Positions 59,947 through 64,000 of a stretch of DNA of 64,000 nt are shown here, piece by piece; within the stretch, counting starts at the first letter, position 1, and the number at the start of each line of letters is the position of its first letter. A program made the translations under genes and the position numbers. The notes below the pieces were generated by a model that saw nothing but the letters and a program-made list of their open reading frames with translations, did not search any database and had not been told where the DNA came from. The stretch covers positions 310,001 through 374,000 of the forward strand of contig RSEE01000025.1 in the NCBI GenBank assembly GCA_003971905.1. Reading direction: 5' to 3'. The stretch comes from Moniliella sp. 'wahieum'. Taxonomy: Eukaryota.

Positions 59947-61757
59947 ATGGTCCTCACCAAGTTGGCTGGCCATCCCGAATCCTACCGCAAGCGTAAGGAA
60001 TACAAGATGGGCGAAACCATCGGCGAAGGCACATTCGGCATTGTGCGCGAGCGCGCAGTGGAGGGGGCGCCAAGTTGCCGTCAAGGTCATTGCCAAGCGC
60101 CTTCTCAAAGATAACGTCGACCTTGTCAAGCAAGAGCTTCAAGTCCTGAAGCAATGCAACCATCCCAACATTATCAAGCTATTTGATGACTTCGAGAGCA
60201 AGGATAAGGTACGCATTTCCTCTTTGCTCCTTTCCTCCCTCTCCAGGAGCAGCAGCTGACTAGTTCGTTCGTTTTCTTCAGTTCTACATGGTGATGGAGG
60301 AGGCCACCGGTGGAGACATGTTTGATCGTATGATTCGCCGTGGAACCTTAACGGAGGCCCAAGCAACTCGGGCCATTCGATGCCTCGCCAGCGCTGTGGC
60401 TTACCTGCACGATCGTCATATTGTCCATCGGGATATTAAACCGGAAAACATTCTGTATCGCACCAAAGACGAGAACTCCGAAGTGGTGCTGGTTGATTTC
60501 GGCGTGGCTCAGGCTTTGTCATCCAAGGGCGAGCTCATGTCTTCCCTGGCTGGCTCATACGGATATGTGGCACCCGAGGTGCTCAGTGACCAAGAGTATG
60601 GGCAGGAGGTTGACATGTGGAGTGTAGGGGTCGTGGCATACGTTATGATTTCCGGATACACGCCTTTCAAGGGTTCCACACCGCAAGAGCTGCGTCAAGA
60701 GATTATGCAACACGCTGCCGGTTTTGACGAGAAATACTGGAGTAAAGTCAGCCCGAGGCGCGCGACTTTATCCTGTCATGCCTCACCATCGATTGGACCA
60801 AACGTTTGACTGGCCACCAAGCTCTTCAGCACCCTTGGCTCACCGCTGAGCATGACAATGAGACCAACTTGATTGCTGGTCTGAGGGAAAATTACGGGCG
60901 CGACAAGCTCAAGCGTCCTCCATGCCTCGTCGCACTACTCACCTTGTTCACGTGCAGCGCCGCGGCATCGATCGCCACGAGCTGGAGAGCTCAGATGAGG
61001 AGGACGACACTGTGGCTGAGGAGGATGAGGAAGAAGCCAATGAGGTGCCACCTGTTCCCTCGTTGCCTTCGCATAATCAAGCTGCTGCCCGCCGCGTTTC
61101 GGCAACCCCCACAGCCACGTCATCCTCTCGTCCTTCTATCACGTCCAGGGCGCCTACACCATCTATTGGAGGTAGCACAGCCCCGACTTCAACGGCTACT
61201 TCGATGGAGATTCCACGTTCGACGGGATCCCTGCCGGAGGCCAAGGTTCCATCCCCTTCACTGCCAGCGGCTCAGAGTAGTTCGTCTCCTCCGGGTATCT
61301 TGGGCGGCCTCGTTGGTCTTGTGACAGGCGACAAGAAGGAGCGTCGTGCATCGAGTCAACAAAGCACTCTACTCGGCGTAAGAGCCGCTTTAGCTTCCTT
61401 CGCATGAGCCGTTCCGGCAGCCGGAATAGCCAGAGCGGTCCGCGACCGAGCGTCGAAAATGGCATCAACTCGTCCGCTCAATTGGACGAGAATACATTTG
61501 ACGACGAAGAGGAGGGAGAAGCCCGGCCGTTCCGGGCGACAAACACCTCGAACCCGACTTCCGTTTCGGGACCCAGCCCATCAAAGTTGCACCTGCCGCT
61601 CTTGCTGCCGCCGGCCCTCAAGCGGAGCTTGCACCGGTGGAGGAGCATGCCCCCACACCATCGGCGACCTCGCCGACTCGCAGCTAGCAGTAAAACTCCC
61701 TATATGGCCAGGGAGGAGTGTAATACCCAAGTTGGTTATCCCCGGCGACACAGGTGA
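59947..61757 (+). CDS. Ca2+/calmodulin-dependent protein kinase-like (CAMK1/Cmk family) with a low-complexity C-tail; frameshifted
   Basis: HPESYRKRKEYKMGETIGEGTFGIV, VAVKVI, HPNIIKLFDDFESKDK (intron at about 60209-60282), HRDIKPENILY, DFG, GSYGYVAPE and DMWSVGV. The 3' end is approximate. Confidence 0.9.
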
Positions 61758-62410
61758 AGGTTGGCTCTGTTGCATCGTAATTCTTGCTCCTTATAGGTCA
61801 CTCGCTAAGGATGTTGGAGATGCGAGCCAGAAACTCGCCTTCCATCTGTTACGGATCATACTTGCACTTCTCTCGCAGCGGTTTGCCCCTTTTCTGTTGA
61901 TATCATGCACTATCCCTCATATGCGCACAGCGATGACGACCATAATCGATTTTGGACTGATATCTCAAAACAACTTGGACACCTTTCTCACTGAGTACTA
62001 ACCTCAGCTTCAGGCCTCACTAGTCACTGCAGCTGAATGAGGATATAGCGCAACGTTAAGGGATCGATAAATTATCACCTGTGGGAGACGTCAGAACAAA
62101 GCACTTGCACTTTTTTGGGACAGACAGAATACGTTGCTGGTGTCATTAATCATTGGCCAGCTGGGTGGGCTCCTTAGCCTTAGTACCCCGTGTATGGCAC
62201 CTAAGATGCGATAATGTAAAAGGACAAATCATGCGGACCATTATGTCTGCAATAGTAATTCACTTCCCAAAAGAACTTCCACGAGAAAATGACTTCAGCA
62301 GTGTAGACGATCATCCGCTTGCATGTGGTGGGGTGTGCAGCAGAGTGCGCGAGTGGGCTGTGCAGAAACAAGAGCACGAGATGGAAGGTTCGTGGGGTGG
62401 GATGGGCCAG

Positions 62411-63900
62411 TCAAAGTAGATTGAAAAGGGACGATTGAGCTAGTAGAATTGGATGTTGTTGTTGCCCATGCGGAAATGGCGTCGGCAGGATGCCACTCTG
62501 TTTTTGGTATCTGGAATGGGCGTACTGCTCCTTGTCAAGCCCGACTCCGACTCTGAAGCGATGGGGGGGAGATACTATGGTTTCTTCTTGGCGGTTGGGG
62601 AGAGGGAGGGGAGAGACTTGGGTGGGGGAAAGAGAACCATCATCATGGTCAAGTCTTGGGGGAAAGCCCGAGATGGATGAGGCGTCCGAGCTGTTTTGTT
62701 GCCGTTTGTGCTGGCCCTTTTTGCCCTGCGCCTCTATAGAGGCAGTCGACTTCTCATCTGAGTTTGCAGGGGAGGGTGCGAAGGCGTCCTTGTTTCCAAT
62801 TTCACTTGAGCTTGTTGGTTCATCGGGGGCCGGGAAGACACGAGCCGCAGGGGGGGTACCCCCATGCCTTCCCCAGCTTTTTCTTGGTTCCATTGGCAAA
62901 CCTTGCTTCCCAGTCCCGTCCTGGCTCACCGGGCGCCCTTGCATCATGATCGGCGACGCGCCGTTTGGCATCAGTAACGAAGTCGTCGAGTTTCCGTTGC
63001 TCGGACTCATCAGCACATCGCCGTGCTGGTGACGGCAAATTAGATCGGCCATGCCCTTGAGTTTTTCGATCCCAGCCGAGGAAGCCAAGTTCGGATGCTG
63101 GGCACGGAGAGTGCACAAGTTGCGCACATATTCGACAATGTCACTAGCTGACACGCCAGCCTTAGGTACCTGGCGTGCCTTGGCATGCCGTTCCTTACAG
63201 TCTTGCAGTAAACACCCGTGTTGGTCTATACTCGATGTTAAGGGTGGCAGGTTGCAGAGCCAAGGATGGGCCAATGCCTCGACAGCCGTCATGCGCTTGG
63301 AGCCTTTGCAGAGACACCTGCGTATGAAATCCTTGGCAGTATCGCTGATGCCCGACCAGTATTCGGGCTCGAACTCAAAATGCATCGCGACAATCTGGCG
63401 AAAGAGACCCGGCTGGTCGGGAGCATAAAACGGGGTGTAGCCAGCCAAAAGGCAGTAAGTCACCACGCCAGCGGACCAAATATCAACCTCGGGCCCATAT
63501 CCTGCACCAAGAAGCACCTCCGGTGCTACGTACTGCGGGCTGCCACATGCAGTGAGCAACAGGCCGTCACCCGGGATGAAGCGGGAAAGACCAAAGTCGC
63601 TAATAGCAATGTTGCTTGGCTCCTGGCGGGTACGAAGAAGAATGTTCTCAGGTTTAATGCGATGGATGATGCCGTGTTGGTGGAGATAGGCAATCGCTTC
63701 AAACATCTGACGAGTAATGTGTCGTGCGTCAAGCTCAGCGTAGTGGACTTTCTCCACCAGGCGGTCAAAAAGTTCTCCGCCGCGGCAGTAGTCCGTCACC
63801 AAAAATACTGCTTCCCTTGTCTCGTAAATGTCATAAAGGCGGATGATGTTGGGGTGGCAGACGCTTTGGAGGATACGGATTTCATCCATGAGCATGCGCT
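62411..63900 (-). CDS. Second CAMK1-family Ser/Thr kinase; 5' exons lie beyond the window end
   Basis: EIRILQSVCHPNIIRLYDIYET, GGELFDRL, IIHR(D)IKPENIL, SDFGLS, TACGSPQYVAPE, DIWSAGV and LLAGYTPF. Intron-like pyrimidine-rich sequence (minus strand) from about 63901. Confidence 0.92.
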
Positions 63901-64000
63901 TGCAGGAGAGAGAGGAAGGAAGAGTCAGGCGGAGGCGCCAAATGCTGGATAGAGAGTGGAGCGGGGAGATAACAGGGGGAGTCGACAGGGAAGGACATAC

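Overview
Gene-dense, GC-rich fungal nuclear DNA with short GT-AG introns and CTAAC/CTGAC branch sites. The gene content and sequence style suggest a basidiomycete, plausibly Ustilaginomycotina, but the taxon is inferred. About 25 protein-coding genes are recognisable: GPD1, a Zrg17-like zinc transporter, a RhoGEF, a CBM21 PP1-targeting subunit, RMD5/GID2, an RCR-like membrane protein, RPA43, Ran, RPD3, TspO, a Pbr1-like SDR, a TBC RabGAP, RPL35, SRP14, a complex I 21.3 kDa subunit, ATP16, OST5, DGK1, KRE6/SKN1, SAC1, a WW protein, two convergent CaMK-like kinases and two hypothetical proteins. There is also one tRNA-Ala(AGC) and a heavily decayed Ty1/copia pol relic at about 54.9-56.4 kb. Nearly every gene, including essential ones, is broken by 1-2 nt indels. 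These are most likely uncorrected long-read errors, so CDS boundaries are approximate. The most unusual signal is a family of intergenic micro-arrays that differ in sequence but share one rule, [T-N-A][4-bp palindrome] repeated with 7-bp period. They are densest on both flanks of the TE-relic island. All calls were made by eye from motifs, with no database searches.
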